Shown: piece by piece, positions 8,571 to 17,229 of the stretch
Numbering within the stretch: position 1 is the stretch's first letter
How the letters are laid out: every line of letters begins with the position of its first letter
IMG/VR virus record: IMGVR_UViG_3300021255_000108
Location: 1 to 64,000 of that record
Length of the DNA: 64,000 bases
Direction: 5' to 3' (one strand)
Source: a virus
Taxonomy: Duplodnaviria > Heunggongvirae > Uroviricota > Caudoviricetes
The notes under the pieces: generated by a model
What the model was told of the DNA's origin: nothing
Databases searched by the model: none
The model's input: only the letters and a program-made list of their open reading frames with translations
Translations under genes and position numbers: made by a program

Positions 8571-8897
8571 GGGGAGCTATTACGCTCAAATATTAGTATC
8601 ATATGCTACGGTATGGAGAGCAAAACAGTCGTTTGCAAGGATGATAGTGTAGGCACTCCCCACCATTTTAAAGAAGGAATTAAATGTGTAGAGTTTAGGA
8701 TAGGTAAATGGACCTATTGAATCAATTAAATTTGCCATCCATCCAAAATGTAAAAATATAATTATGTATTCGTTGTCTGAAACTTAGATCATAGAACATC
8801 CAGAGGATTAGCGTTGTATTTATTGGCTGACTTGTCCAGTTTGTCACGAATCTTTTGAAGTTAATAAAAGACCTTTAGATTGAAAAATTTAAAAATT

Positions 8898-8908
8898 TTT
8901 GATATAAT
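8898..8908 (+). promoter_or_regulatory. extended -10 promoter (tTGaTATAAT)
   Basis: consensus motif upstream of RBS aagggagaaaag. Confidence 0.45.
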
Positions 8909-8939
8909 ATATATACAAAAAGTAAGGGAGAAAAGATTT

Positions 8940-9164
8940 ATGAAGATGATGGAAATGCCACAGTCAGAAGGATATACAATTTATACTTGGGGTGACGTTA
9001 CCAAAGCGCATAGATTAAAAATGAAATATCATCATTTTACTTGCCCTTATTGTGATTGTGTTTTTGACGCAGATAAAGATCATTATGAATATCATAGTAA
9101 TAGATATGATGAAGAATGGTATACTACCATATGCCCTTGTTGTAAAAATGAATTTTCTTCTTAG
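8940..9164 (+). CDS. Cys-rich small protein (putative zinc finger)
   Basis: CPYCDC...CPCC; ATG 8940 after a strong RBS (the track ORF starts earlier at 8880). Confidence 0.4.
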   Translation: MKMMEMPQSEGYTIYTWGDVTKAHRLKMKYHHFTCPYCDCVFDADKDHYEYHSNRYDEEWYTTICPCCKNEFSS

Positions 9165-9170
9165 GATTAT

Positions 9171-9247
9171 GCCGTTGTAGCTCAAATAGGAAGAGCAGCT
9201 GATTTGTAATCAGCAGGTTGTTGGTTCGATTCCAATCGGCGGCTCCA
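9171..9247 (+). tRNA. tRNA-Thr (UGU), CCA encoded
   Basis: acceptor gccgttg/cggcggc, anticodon stem gctga/tcagc with loop tttgtaa, T-arm gttgg-ttcgatt-ccaat. Confidence 0.65.
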
Positions 9248-9317
9248 AGCCCCACACAGCAAACTACAAGTAAGCATATTTCTGTTAAAAATATAAGCTA
9301 TTATTGGGACTAGTTTT

Positions 9318-9500
9318 ATGAAAAAATGTTGTGATAATTGTAAATATTATGAATGGTATTATGATAAATGTAATAAATATAATTGCGAAGTAGATGGCCG
9401 TAGTGTTTGTAATGGTTATGAAAGTACGACGAAATGGTTAAATATGGAACAAAGTATTTATTTTACAGATTATAATCCAACTATTGAACTTGCCGACTAG
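9318..9500 (+). CDS. Cys-rich small protein (60 aa)
   Basis: CCDNCKYYEWYYDKCNKYNC motif; the 3' end overlaps tRNA-Gln, and the terminal TAG would be read through 6 codons to a TGA. Confidence 0.35.
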   Translation: MKKCCDNCKYYEWYYDKCNKYNCEVDGRSVCNGYESTTKWLNMEQSIYFTDYNPTIELAD

Positions 9501-9564
9501 TCTAACGGCAGGACATGAGACTTTGACTCTCAGCGTGATGGTTCGATTCCATCGTCGGCAGCCA
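9491..9564 (+). tRNA. tRNA-Gln (UUG), CCA encoded
   Basis: acceptor tgccgac/gtcggca with U1-A72 and G73 (Gln identity features), anticodon stem tgaga/tctca with loop ctttgac, T-arm gatgg-ttcgatt-ccatc. Confidence 0.65.
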
Positions 9565-9683
9565 GATTGTTGTCCGGCCGGCAACCCAGTGGATGGATTG
9601 TGACGCATCCCGTGCTACTACTGCGAGACGGTTCACGCTTAGGCTTTGCATGCGCACCACGGCCGATGAAGGTAGCACATTAT

Positions 9684-9759
9684 GCTCCATTAGCCCAACG
9701 GCAGAGGCAATGCGCTCAAAACGCATACAGTAAGGGTTCAAATCCCTTGTGGAGTACCA
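9684..9759 (+). tRNA. tRNA with Leu anticodon CAA, type I, CCA encoded
   Basis: acceptor gctccat/gtggagt, D-arm gccc-aacggcaga-ggc, anticodon stem atgcg/cgcat with loop ctcaaaa, variable acagt, T-arm aaggg-ttcaaat-ccctt, discriminator A. Confidence 0.55.
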
Positions 9760-9765
9760 TTTTAT

Positions 9766-9841
9766 GCTCCATTAGTCCAACGGCAGAGACGACTGGCTTA
9801 GAACCAGTGTAGTGAGGGTTCGAATCCCTTGTGGAGTACCA
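9766..9841 (+). tRNA. tRNA with Leu anticodon UAG, type I, CCA encoded
   Basis: same acceptor as 9684 (paralogue), anticodon stem actgg/ccagt with loop cttagaa, variable gtagt, T-arm gaggg-ttcgaat-ccctt. Confidence 0.55.
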
Positions 9842-10183
9842 GAAGGTACTGCTTTCCTGAAGAAATACTTCAAGCAGCGGAGAAGCTAAAACTTCGTAAG
9901 ATAGGGGCACGGTCAACTTAGAGCGGTGAGAACGAGATATCAAGAACCGCAAGTTCGTCGTGATTAAATGAGGGAACACTCGGATCTACCTATTAAATAG
10001 CTTAGAATGACGGACAAGGCTAAGGCGTATGATATTTTGAGGTTGTGGGAGATATTAGTAACCAAATGAGCTATTGACGGATAGCAAGACTCTGAAACAG
10101 GTACGCCTGCTCTGCTAATATTATTTGTACCACTAAATTAAAATAAACAGGACGGTAGGACGCGAGTGGTCATTCTAATGATT

Positions 10184-10270
10184 ATTGGGGAGTAGTTCAA
10201 TCGGCAGAACACCGGTCTCTAAAACCGTGATATCCCTCTGACGGAGGTAGTTGTGGGTTCGAGTCCCACC
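10184..10270 (+). tRNA. suppressor tRNA, anticodon CUA (reads UAG), CCA encoded, unusually long (~24 nt) variable region
   Basis: acceptor tggggag/ctcccta (U1-A72, G73), D-arm gttc-aatcggca-gaac, anticodon stem ccggt/accgt (identical to tRNA-Trp) with loop ctCTAaa, variable region gatatccctctgacggaggtagtt containing a cctc/gagg helix, T-arm gtggg-ttcgagt-cccac. Confidence 0.7.
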
Positions 10271-10302
10271 TCCCTAGCCATTATTATATTTAGGAAACGA
10301 TT

Positions 10303-10680
10303 ATGTGGCCATTTAAAAAAAAGAAACAAGAAATAACAACAACAAAAGAGCCTCCTGAGTGCGTACATAAATATAAAGATTTTCCTTGGTATATTGAAAG
10401 TCACACATATAATTATCCTAACTCACGCAAAACTATTGATTATGAAATTAAAATTATGGAACCATATGTGTGTGTAAAATGTTATCACAGAAAAGATATT
10501 GTATTGGCTACACATGCAGGTAGACATACAACGTATGAAAATTATTGGAGTACTATTCAAGAATTAGAAAAACAATATAAAGATAAAATAAAGTCTCGAC
10601 CAGAAATAGAAGATGAAATTAATGATATGATTCTGGTTGACAGAGAATATATTGATATATATCATCAAATTGTAAAATAA
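10303..10680 (+). CDS. hypothetical protein (125 aa), Cys/His cluster
   Basis: ORF directly after the tRNA array; followed by terminator. Confidence 0.45.
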   Translation: MWPFKKKKQEITTTKEPPECVHKYKDFPWYIESHTYNYPNSRKTIDYEIKIMEPYVCVKCYHRKDIVLATHAGRHTTYENYWSTIQELEKQYKDKIKSRPEIEDEINDMILVDREYIDIYHQIVK

Positions 10681-10690
10681 AAATTTGGAC

Positions 10691-10720
10691 AACACTCTTA
10701 AAAAAGAGTGTTGTTTTTTT
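10691..10720 (+). terminator. rho-independent terminator (aacactctt-aaaaa-agagtgtt, then T9)
   Basis: perfect 8-bp hairpin followed by a T-run. Confidence 0.7.
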
Positions 10721-10743
10721 TATTTCTTATGAAGGTGATAAAA

Positions 10744-11133
10744 ATGGCATATATTCATTATAACCCAAACCCCAATAGATGGGACACAGGAGACTGTGTA
10801 ATTAGAGCTTTGTCTTTAGCCACCGGTTTTGATTGGGAAAGAGTATATTTAGAATTATGTATTCAGGGTTTTATGATGGGGAAGATGCCTAGCACTAATT
10901 CAGTATGGGGCGCTTGGTTAAAAGGAAGAAATTTTTCTCGTCACATTATACCAACAATGTGTCCCGATTGTTATACAGTAAAAGATTTTTGTTACGATCA
11001 CCCAAGGGGCTTATATTTATTATGTACAGGTGATAACAACGGCACTCATATACTCACTTGTTTAAATGGTGATTATATAGATTCTTGGGATAGCGGTAAT
11101 GAAATACCTATATATTATTGGAGGAAAAATTAA
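10744..11133 (+). CDS. putative papain-like / C39-like cysteine peptidase (130 aa)
   Basis: candidate catalytic Cys in DTGDCVIRAL and His in NGTHILTC, then DSWDSG; RBS gaaggtga. Confidence 0.4.
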   Translation: MAYIHYNPNPNRWDTGDCVIRALSLATGFDWERVYLELCIQGFMMGKMPSTNSVWGAWLKGRNFSRHIIPTMCPDCYTVKDFCYDHPRGLYLLCTGDNNGTHILTCLNGDYIDSWDSGNEIPIYYWRKN

Positions 11134-11135
11134 AA

Positions 11136-11600
11136 ATGGCGTATTATAATTCATATTATTCTACTGGGTATGCTAATCCATATTACGCTGCATATTAGCC
11201 AAATATGAACTAGCCATAGACTTATACTCCTGTTCAACAGCAATAGCCGCAAATGGCGAACAATAATGGTATCGTATTAATAGCCAGCGAAGGAGATGCG
11301 CAAACATATCCTGTCGCTCCTGGTAACACACAATGGATGAAAGATTAGTATAAAGATTATTTATACATTAAAACAGTTGATCCTTCTGGAATGATTATGC
11401 CTTTGCGAAAATTTAAATTAGTTGAAGAAACAAATCAAGAACAAAAACAACAGTCAACACAACCACCAGTAACATTTAATCCAGATTTATATGTTACTTG
11501 GGAAGCACTAGAACAAAGATTAGCAGAAAAATCATCTAAACCGTCTAAAACGCCTCCTGTGGCGAGAAAGGTAACTAATAATGATGTACAACAATAGTAA
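11136..11600 (+). CDS. Q/N/Y/P-rich low-complexity protein read through 6 in-frame TAG codons (about 154 aa)
   Basis: single frame from ATG 11136 to TAA 11598 with TAG at 11196, 11211, 11217, 11244, 11346 and 11595; with TAG=Q it reads ...AAYQPNMNQPQTYTPVQQQQPQMANN... and ends DVQQQ; the track ORF 11391..11597 is its C-terminal part. Confidence 0.5.
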
Positions 11601-11793
11601 TCCTATGCAACAATTATTAAATATGTACGGTAATATGAATAATTTAATGACTCAATATAATAATTGGAGCCATAACTTTAATGGAAACGCAGAACAAGAA
11701 GTGCGCAATATGTTAAATTCAGGCCAATTGTCGCAGCAACAATTTAATGCAGCCAGGCAATTGGCGCAAATGATTTTAAATAATGGACTATAA
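11581..11793 (+). CDS. N/Q-rich small protein (70 aa)
   Basis: ORF from track; low-complexity N/Q/M composition. Confidence 0.4.
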   Translation: MMYNNSNPMQQLLNMYGNMNNLMTQYNNWSHNFNGNAEQEVRNMLNSGQLSQQQFNAARQLAQMILNNGL

Positions 11794-11850
11794 ATCTAAT
11801 TATTAGATTTATATATAAAACAATTATATCAGAAAGGAAGTTATGTCCAA

Positions 11851-12612
11851 ATGGGTTTTTCTTCTAATGATGCTGGCTCAGTAGCCGATATGGCAGCAGT
11901 TATGGGCAATCACAATAATGGTGGTTTGTTCGGCGGAGATAATTCCGGATGGGGCTTAATTCTCTTCTTAATTATCATCCTTGGATGGGGTAATGGTAAT
12001 TGGGGCTACAACAATGGTGGCAATAATGGTGGAGCAACTTATGTTGTTAATGATGTACAACGTGGGTTTGATCAAAGCGCCATTATGAACGGCATATCTG
12101 GATTATCTACTGGTCTAGCTAATGCTGAAATTTCCCGTTGTAACCAACAGGCCAACATTCTTCAAGCTATGAATAGTGGCCTTATGGGAGTTACTAATCA
12201 ATTAAATACTATGGCAATGACAAACCAATAGTGTTGCTGTGATAATCGTGCGGCTATTGCCGATCTGCGTTATAATGTAGCAACAGAAGCGTGCGCCGAT
12301 CGTTCTGCGATCGATAATGCATTACGTGATGTTCTTGCTGCAAATAATGCTAGCACACAGCGCATTCTTGATCAGATGTGTCAAGATAAACTTGATGCAA
12401 AAGATGAAATCATTGCTAACCTCCGTACACAATTGAATATGTTGAATTTACAACAGAGTCAGAGTGCACAGACTGCTCAAATCTTAGCAGACAATGCTCG
12501 TCAGACTTCAGCTTTAGAGCAATATTTAAATCCTGTTCCGATCCCTGCTTATCAGGTGGCTAATCCAAATTGTTGCGGTCGGTATAATAATAATAACTGC
12601 GGCAACTTCTGA
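11851..12612 (+). CDS. Gly/Asn-rich plus coiled-coil protein read through one TAG (about 253 aa)
   Basis: track ORFs 11851..12231 and 12376..12612 are in the same frame, joined across TAG 12229 with no other stop (…AMTNQ-TAG-CCCDNRAAIADL…). Confidence 0.5.
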
Positions 12613-12627
12613 TTGGAGGTATGCTAA

Positions 12628-13107
12628 ATGGTTGAACATACCAACAATGCGTTACAAACAGTTAATCCTGGTGAAACTGTAATTTTTACCGCATCATCCA
12701 ATCCTTGCCGCAGAGGGTTTGTTCGTCATCGCGACGATACTGGTAATTTTCTTTTAAGTGGATATATACCTTCTGCTTATGGATGTCCTTGTTGCAATAA
12801 TTGTAATCGTTCTGCTGTATATCTATGTGAGTTCGGAGCGAATATAGCTATTCCAGAAGGCGGAACAGTTGGTCCCATTTCTTTAGCATTTGCTATTGAT
12901 GGTACTACAATTCCAGCATCTACTATGACTGTTACACCAGCCGCGGTTGAGGAATTTTTTAATGTTGGCAGAGCTACTAATATTGATATTTGGAATGGTT
13001 GCTGTCAGACTGTAAGTGTGCGCAATATTTCCGATCAACCAATTTTAGTATAGAATGCTAATATTCTTTTTAGCCGACCAGATTTATTAGTAAGTAGATA
13101 AGGAGGG
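12628..13107 (+). CDS. hypothetical protein with a C-terminal extension through TAG 13051 (about 159 aa)
   Basis: frame continues 17 codons past the TAG to a TAA at 13105, just before the next start at 13108. Confidence 0.4.
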
Positions 13108-13524
13108 ATGTCTAATATGGATCCTATTATGATATATGAACAGGCGAGTGATATGATTGCTCGGGAAATTCAAAAATTAGTAGATAAAGGCAATATTGAT
13201 AAAGAGACACTCTGCCTTATCGGAGAAGCTATTGATGTACAAAAAGATTTAGAAACTCTAAAGGTAATGAAAAACGAAGGTGGTTATAGTCGAGATGATT
13301 ATAGCTACGATGGACAAAACAACCGTAGAGGACGTCCTAATAGAAGCTATGATGGCGACTCTTGGGACAATTATTCTAATAGAGGTAGAAGCTATGATAA
13401 TATGAGTAGTCATGGCGTTACCGAACAATTAATTTATAAACTAGAAGATGCCATGAATATGGCTGAAGACCGTCAAAGTCGGGAAGTAATACGCATGGCT
13501 CTAGAGAAATTGGAGAAGATGTAA
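13108..13524 (+). CDS. hypothetical protein (138 aa)
   Basis: RBS aaggaggg. Confidence 0.45.
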   Translation: MSNMDPIMIYEQASDMIAREIQKLVDKGNIDKETLCLIGEAIDVQKDLETLKVMKNEGGYSRDDYSYDGQNNRRGRPNRSYDGDSWDNYSNRGRSYDNMSSHGVTEQLIYKLEDAMNMAEDRQSREVIRMALEKLEKM

Positions 13525-13528
13525 ACTT

Positions 13529-13849
13529 ATGATTTGTCGTATTACTTGGACAGAAACTTTAGAAGAAGGTCAACAGCAACATGTTGTTGACTTTTCTTTT
13601 AGAGATTATCGATTAAATTTAGTAAATGAAGATTACTATTTAACTTGTAATTTGTTCTATCATTTTACTCACGAGAATGAAGTATTGTTTGAACAAGCAA
13701 TTTTAAATCATACTTGCGAAGTAAATAATGTAGAATTAATCATCAATGATGGTAGTTCACAAACTTATAATTCATTTCATATAATTAATGACTATACTTC
13801 ATATACAACTCCAGATGGTATACCGTTAATTATGTTACAATTAAGATAA
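13529..13849 (+). CDS. hypothetical protein (106 aa)
   Basis: ORF; followed by terminator. Confidence 0.4.
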   Translation: MICRITWTETLEEGQQQHVVDFSFRDYRLNLVNEDYYLTCNLFYHFTHENEVLFEQAILNHTCEVNNVELIINDGSSQTYNSFHIINDYTSYTTPDGIPLIMLQLR

Positions 13850-13853
13850 AAAT

Positions 13854-13888
13854 AAGGGCATCAATTCTTTTGATGCCCTTATTTTTTT
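13854..13888 (+). terminator. rho-independent terminator (aagggcatc-aattctttt-gatgccctt, then T-run)
   Basis: 9-bp hairpin followed by a T-run. Confidence 0.7.
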
Positions 13889-13904
13889 ATTTAGAGGTAA
13901 TAAA

Positions 13905-14711
13905 ATGGTAGTTAAAGTAAATAATATAACATTAACTTCAATTGCACAAAATTGGTATCCTGGTGTAGTAACACCAGGAGACACAGAAAGTCATCATTTT
14001 ATATATAGGCAATCAACTGGGCCGTTTTCTATGAATATATCCTTTTCTGGGTGTGATAATAACGATATGATTTATTTAAATGGTGCTTCTCAATTCTATG
14101 ATACTTAGTACCAATCATATCGGTACATATGTTTAAGTCGTTAGCACTCTACACAGGTTAGTAGTTCAGCGGATAGTACATTATATATACCAATTCCTGC
14201 ATCTGGCACCAAAACATTTAAAGTATACGCTGGGGCTGGAATATATGTTAATAATGTTTATTGTTTATTTGATTGGCAACCAAACTCTCACGGCCCTTTA
14301 GTCGCTAAAGGTGAGAAGATTACAGCTAGTAAAATGAATGCTTTAAAAAATTATGTATTAACTTCAATAAAATGGACAATGTGGAAGAGAAACGTAAATG
14401 CGCCAGCACTGTCTGTTTTTTATCCTCCAGTAGGAAGTTTGATAAAATACAAACAAGATACTAATGAAAACTATTATGATTCAACAAATTTATTATTATG
14501 GGAATTAATAGCTCCGTATGATAGTGTGTTTTATTATAATTATGCTGATGAACCATTTATCGAATATACTGAAACAGATAATTTTAAGGGTAAAATAATT
14601 ACAGCAGATATTTTTAATCGTTATGATTATTATGGAAAAACTATGACATATGACAAAGTAATTATTCGTATGGATGGACACGATTATATCGGTCCAGATC
14701 ATTATGTTTAA
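13905..14711 (+). CDS. hypothetical protein, paralogue A, read through 2 TAGs (about 268 aa)
   Basis: track ORFs 13905..14108 and 14334..14711 share a frame; TAG at 14106 and 14151; shares NSHGPLVAKGEKITASKMNALKNY and YPPVGSLIKY with the next gene. Confidence 0.5.
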
Positions 14712-14720
14712 GGTGATTAT

Positions 14721-15549
14721 ATGGCACGTTCCGGTGTACTAAAAATAAACAATGTAACAATAGCAGATCCATATTATGGTAATGGATATGTTTATAATTT
14801 AACATATTCAAGTGCTAATTTACCGATAGCAGTTAAAATAACTTGGTCTGGATTCGTTCATGATTATGAAGAGGGACAAAGTAACATTATTATTGATAAT
14901 ACTGAAAAAGTTATAACAAACCCTCAATATAAAGATTATACTCATATATGGTTTAGATACGATCAATAGTCATAGACTATCGATACGTTATGGAATCAAC
15001 CTAGAATAAATATACCAATATCATCTTCTGGGTCAATAATATTAAATGTTATAATAAGAGGAAAGCTTACGATAAACTATTAGTATGTTACTTTTTCATG
15101 GCGACCAAATTCCCACGGTCCCTTAGTCGATAAAGGTGAGAAGATTACCGCTAGTAAAATGAACGATTTAAAAAATTATATATGGGATAGCAGTAAACTT
15201 AAAAATATAGACCCTTTTACAGATTATCCTCCTAGTTATGAAGTCACAACCCCCCCAATTTTTTATCCACCAGTTGGTGAATTGATTAAATATAGACATG
15301 AAAATAATAATTATATGTCTAACCCAGAACGAAAATATTTTTTAGGTGATAGTCAATTAGTACAAGTAAGATAGCGTATGGTGGAAGATTTACCATATGC
15401 TGCTAGTATTGACAGTATTGATAATTATTTTAAAAACAAAATAATTACATCAGATGATTTTAATCGTTATGATTTATATAATAAAGTAGTTAAAAGTGGT
15501 TGGAGATTTCCAGAAGCTACACACATATATGATTATAATGTCACATAAA
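14721..15549 (+). CDS. hypothetical protein, paralogue B, read through 4 TAGs (about 276 aa)
   Basis: track ORFs 14721..14969 and 15159..15374 share a frame; TAGs at 14967, 14973, 15081 and 15372; ends at TAA 15547. Confidence 0.5.
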
Positions 15550-15564
15550 AATTTTCATAATTTT

Positions 15565-15592
15565 TGACAATAAAATAAAAAAATGATATAAT
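15565..15592 (+). promoter_or_regulatory. sigma70-type promoter (TTGACA, 16-nt spacer with TG, TATAAT)
   Basis: near-consensus -35 and extended -10. Confidence 0.6.
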
Positions 15593-15602
15593 AATTATAT
15601 CA

Positions 15603-15622
15603 AAAAGACTTGTCCAAGTCTT
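15603..15622 (+). promoter_or_regulatory. perfect 20-bp palindrome aaagacttgtccaagtcttt between promoter and RBS (possible operator or leader hairpin)
   Basis: inverted repeat placed between the +1 region and the RBS aaggagaaaaa. Confidence 0.4.
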
Positions 15623-15642
15623 TAAATTAAAGGAGAAAAAAT

Positions 15643-17142
15643 ATGGCTACAACATTATTAAATGCTTTAAAAGAAACTACCAATTACACTCTGACAGAAA
15701 ATGGTGGAGTAACTCATAAGACTACCAATAGCGACTTGCTTGATATGTTTGCTATGGGTGCGGCAATGCGCAATAGACCAGTAGAGGATGTTATTCTTAT
15801 GTTTAAAAAGGCATATGAAGAAAATCCAGAATTGGCTATGAAGATGTTGTTTTATATCCGTGATGTGCGCGGTGGACAGGGCGAACGTAGATTTTTCAGA
15901 GAATGTATTAAATGGGCCTCAAATAACAAAGACATTCAATCCTCTATTTTAAAGAATATTCAGTATATTCCAGAATTTGGACGTTGGGATGATCTGTATT
16001 CACTTGTTGGTACCTCTTTTGAAAAAGATGTTATGCACTTTATTAAGAAACAGCTGGCATTGGATGTGCAGAGTACAACTCCATCTTTGTTAGCAAAATG
16101 GTTAAAGAGCGAAAATGCATCCAGTAAAGATAGCATAAAGCTTGGAAACATTACTCGTAAGTATCTTAATATGACACATAAGGAATACCGTAAAGTATTG
16201 GCAGAGTTACGTAAACGAATTAATATCGTTGAACGTTTGATGTCTGAAAATAGATGGAATGAAATTGAATTTGATAAAATTCCATCAAAAGCAGGATTGA
16301 TCTATAAGAACGCATTTGCGCGCAGAGATATTATTAAAGAAAAGTATAAGGCATTTGCGCAGGACGTAACATCTACTGTCAATGCTGGTACATTGTATCC
16401 ATATGAAGTCGTAGATAAAGCAATTCAGTTGTTCCGTTCCGCACGAAATATCGATTTTGATAATACAGACAGACTAATGATTAATAAATATTGGGATAAT
16501 TTAACAGATTATTTCAATGGCGCTAAATTGGACGCGTTGTGCGTTGTGGATACATCTGGGTCTATGATGGGAACGCCAATAAATGTTGCTGTATCACTGG
16601 GACTGTACTGCGCTGAGCGCAATAAAGGACCTTGGCATAATCATTATATCAGTTTCTCTTCCTATCCACAGTTGATTAAAACCGATGGAGTGGATTTTTG
16701 TGACAAAGTAAAACGTATTGTCCAGACTAACTTGTGTGAAAATACTAATATTGAAGCTACTTTTGATTTAATATTAAAGACAGCGATTGTCTCCAAAGCA
16801 AAATTACCAGAATATATTATTATTATCAGTGATATGGAGTTCGATCAGGCAACCAATTGTTGGTGGCGTAGTAATACAACTCTTATTAATAAAGGTAATG
16901 CTGAAACTGTAATGGAAGGCATTGAACGCAAATTTATCGCAGCCGGCTTACAGATGCCAAAGTTAATTTACTGGAATGTTAATGCGCGTCAAGCTAATAT
17001 TCCAATGATTGGCAATCATAGAGTAAGTTACGTATCTGGTTTTAGTCCTTCTATTTTTACAGCAATTTTGACTGGGAAAACTGGATGGGACTTAATGTTG
17101 GAAGCTATTGATAACGATCGGTACGCGTGTATTCACGCATAA
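15643..17142 (+). CDS. vWA-domain protein with an N-terminal helical domain (TROVE/DUF2828-like; possibly a Ro60-like RNA-binding protein), 499 aa
   Basis: MIDAS motif VVDTSGSM, second acidic motif IIISDMEFD; N-terminal RDVRGGQGERRFF region. Confidence 0.55.
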   Translation: MATTLLNALKETTNYTLTENGGVTHKTTNSDLLDMFAMGAAMRNRPVEDVILMFKKAYEENPELAMKMLFYIRDVRGGQGERRFFRECIKWASNNKDIQSSILKNIQYIPEFGRWDDLYSLVGTSFEKDVMHFIKKQLALDVQSTTPSLLAKWLKSENASSKDSIKLGNITRKYLNMTHKEYRKVLAELRKRINIVERLMSENRWNEIEFDKIPSKAGLIYKNAFARRDIIKEKYKAFAQDVTSTVNAGTLYPYEVVDKAIQLFRSARNIDFDNTDRLMINKYWDNLTDYFNGAKLDALCVVDTSGSMMGTPINVAVSLGLYCAERNKGPWHNHYISFSSYPQLIKTDGVDFCDKVKRIVQTNLCENTNIEATFDLILKTAIVSKAKLPEYIIIISDMEFDQATNCWWRSNTTLINKGNAETVMEGIERKFIAAGLQMPKLIYWNVNARQANIPMIGNHRVSYVSGFSPSIFTAILTGKTGWDLMLEAIDNDRYACIHA

Positions 17143-17147
17143 TTTTA

Positions 17148-17186
17148 AACGGGTTGATTATAAAATCAACCCGTTGATTTTTTTTA
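17148..17186 (+). terminator. rho-independent terminator (aaacgggttgatt-ataaa-atcaacccgtt, then T8)
   Basis: 12-bp hairpin plus a T-run. Confidence 0.75.
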
Positions 17187-17229
17187 TATTTTTTATTATA
17201 ATATATATATAAAATAAAGGAGTAAGAAT

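Noticed and set aside
9318-9500. TAG at 9498-9500 as a genuine stop codon of ORF 9318..9500
   Set aside because: It lies inside tRNA-Gln. If TAG is sense the frame runs 6 more codons to a TGA, so it is not counted as evidence for TAG termination, although the ORF itself is low confidence.
9502-10404. Track ORFs 9502..9741(-), 9567..9812(+), 9716..9979(-) and 10219..10404(-)
   Set aside because: They overlap tRNA-Gln, both tRNA-Leu paralogues and the suppressor tRNA; no RBS; the frames are spurious.
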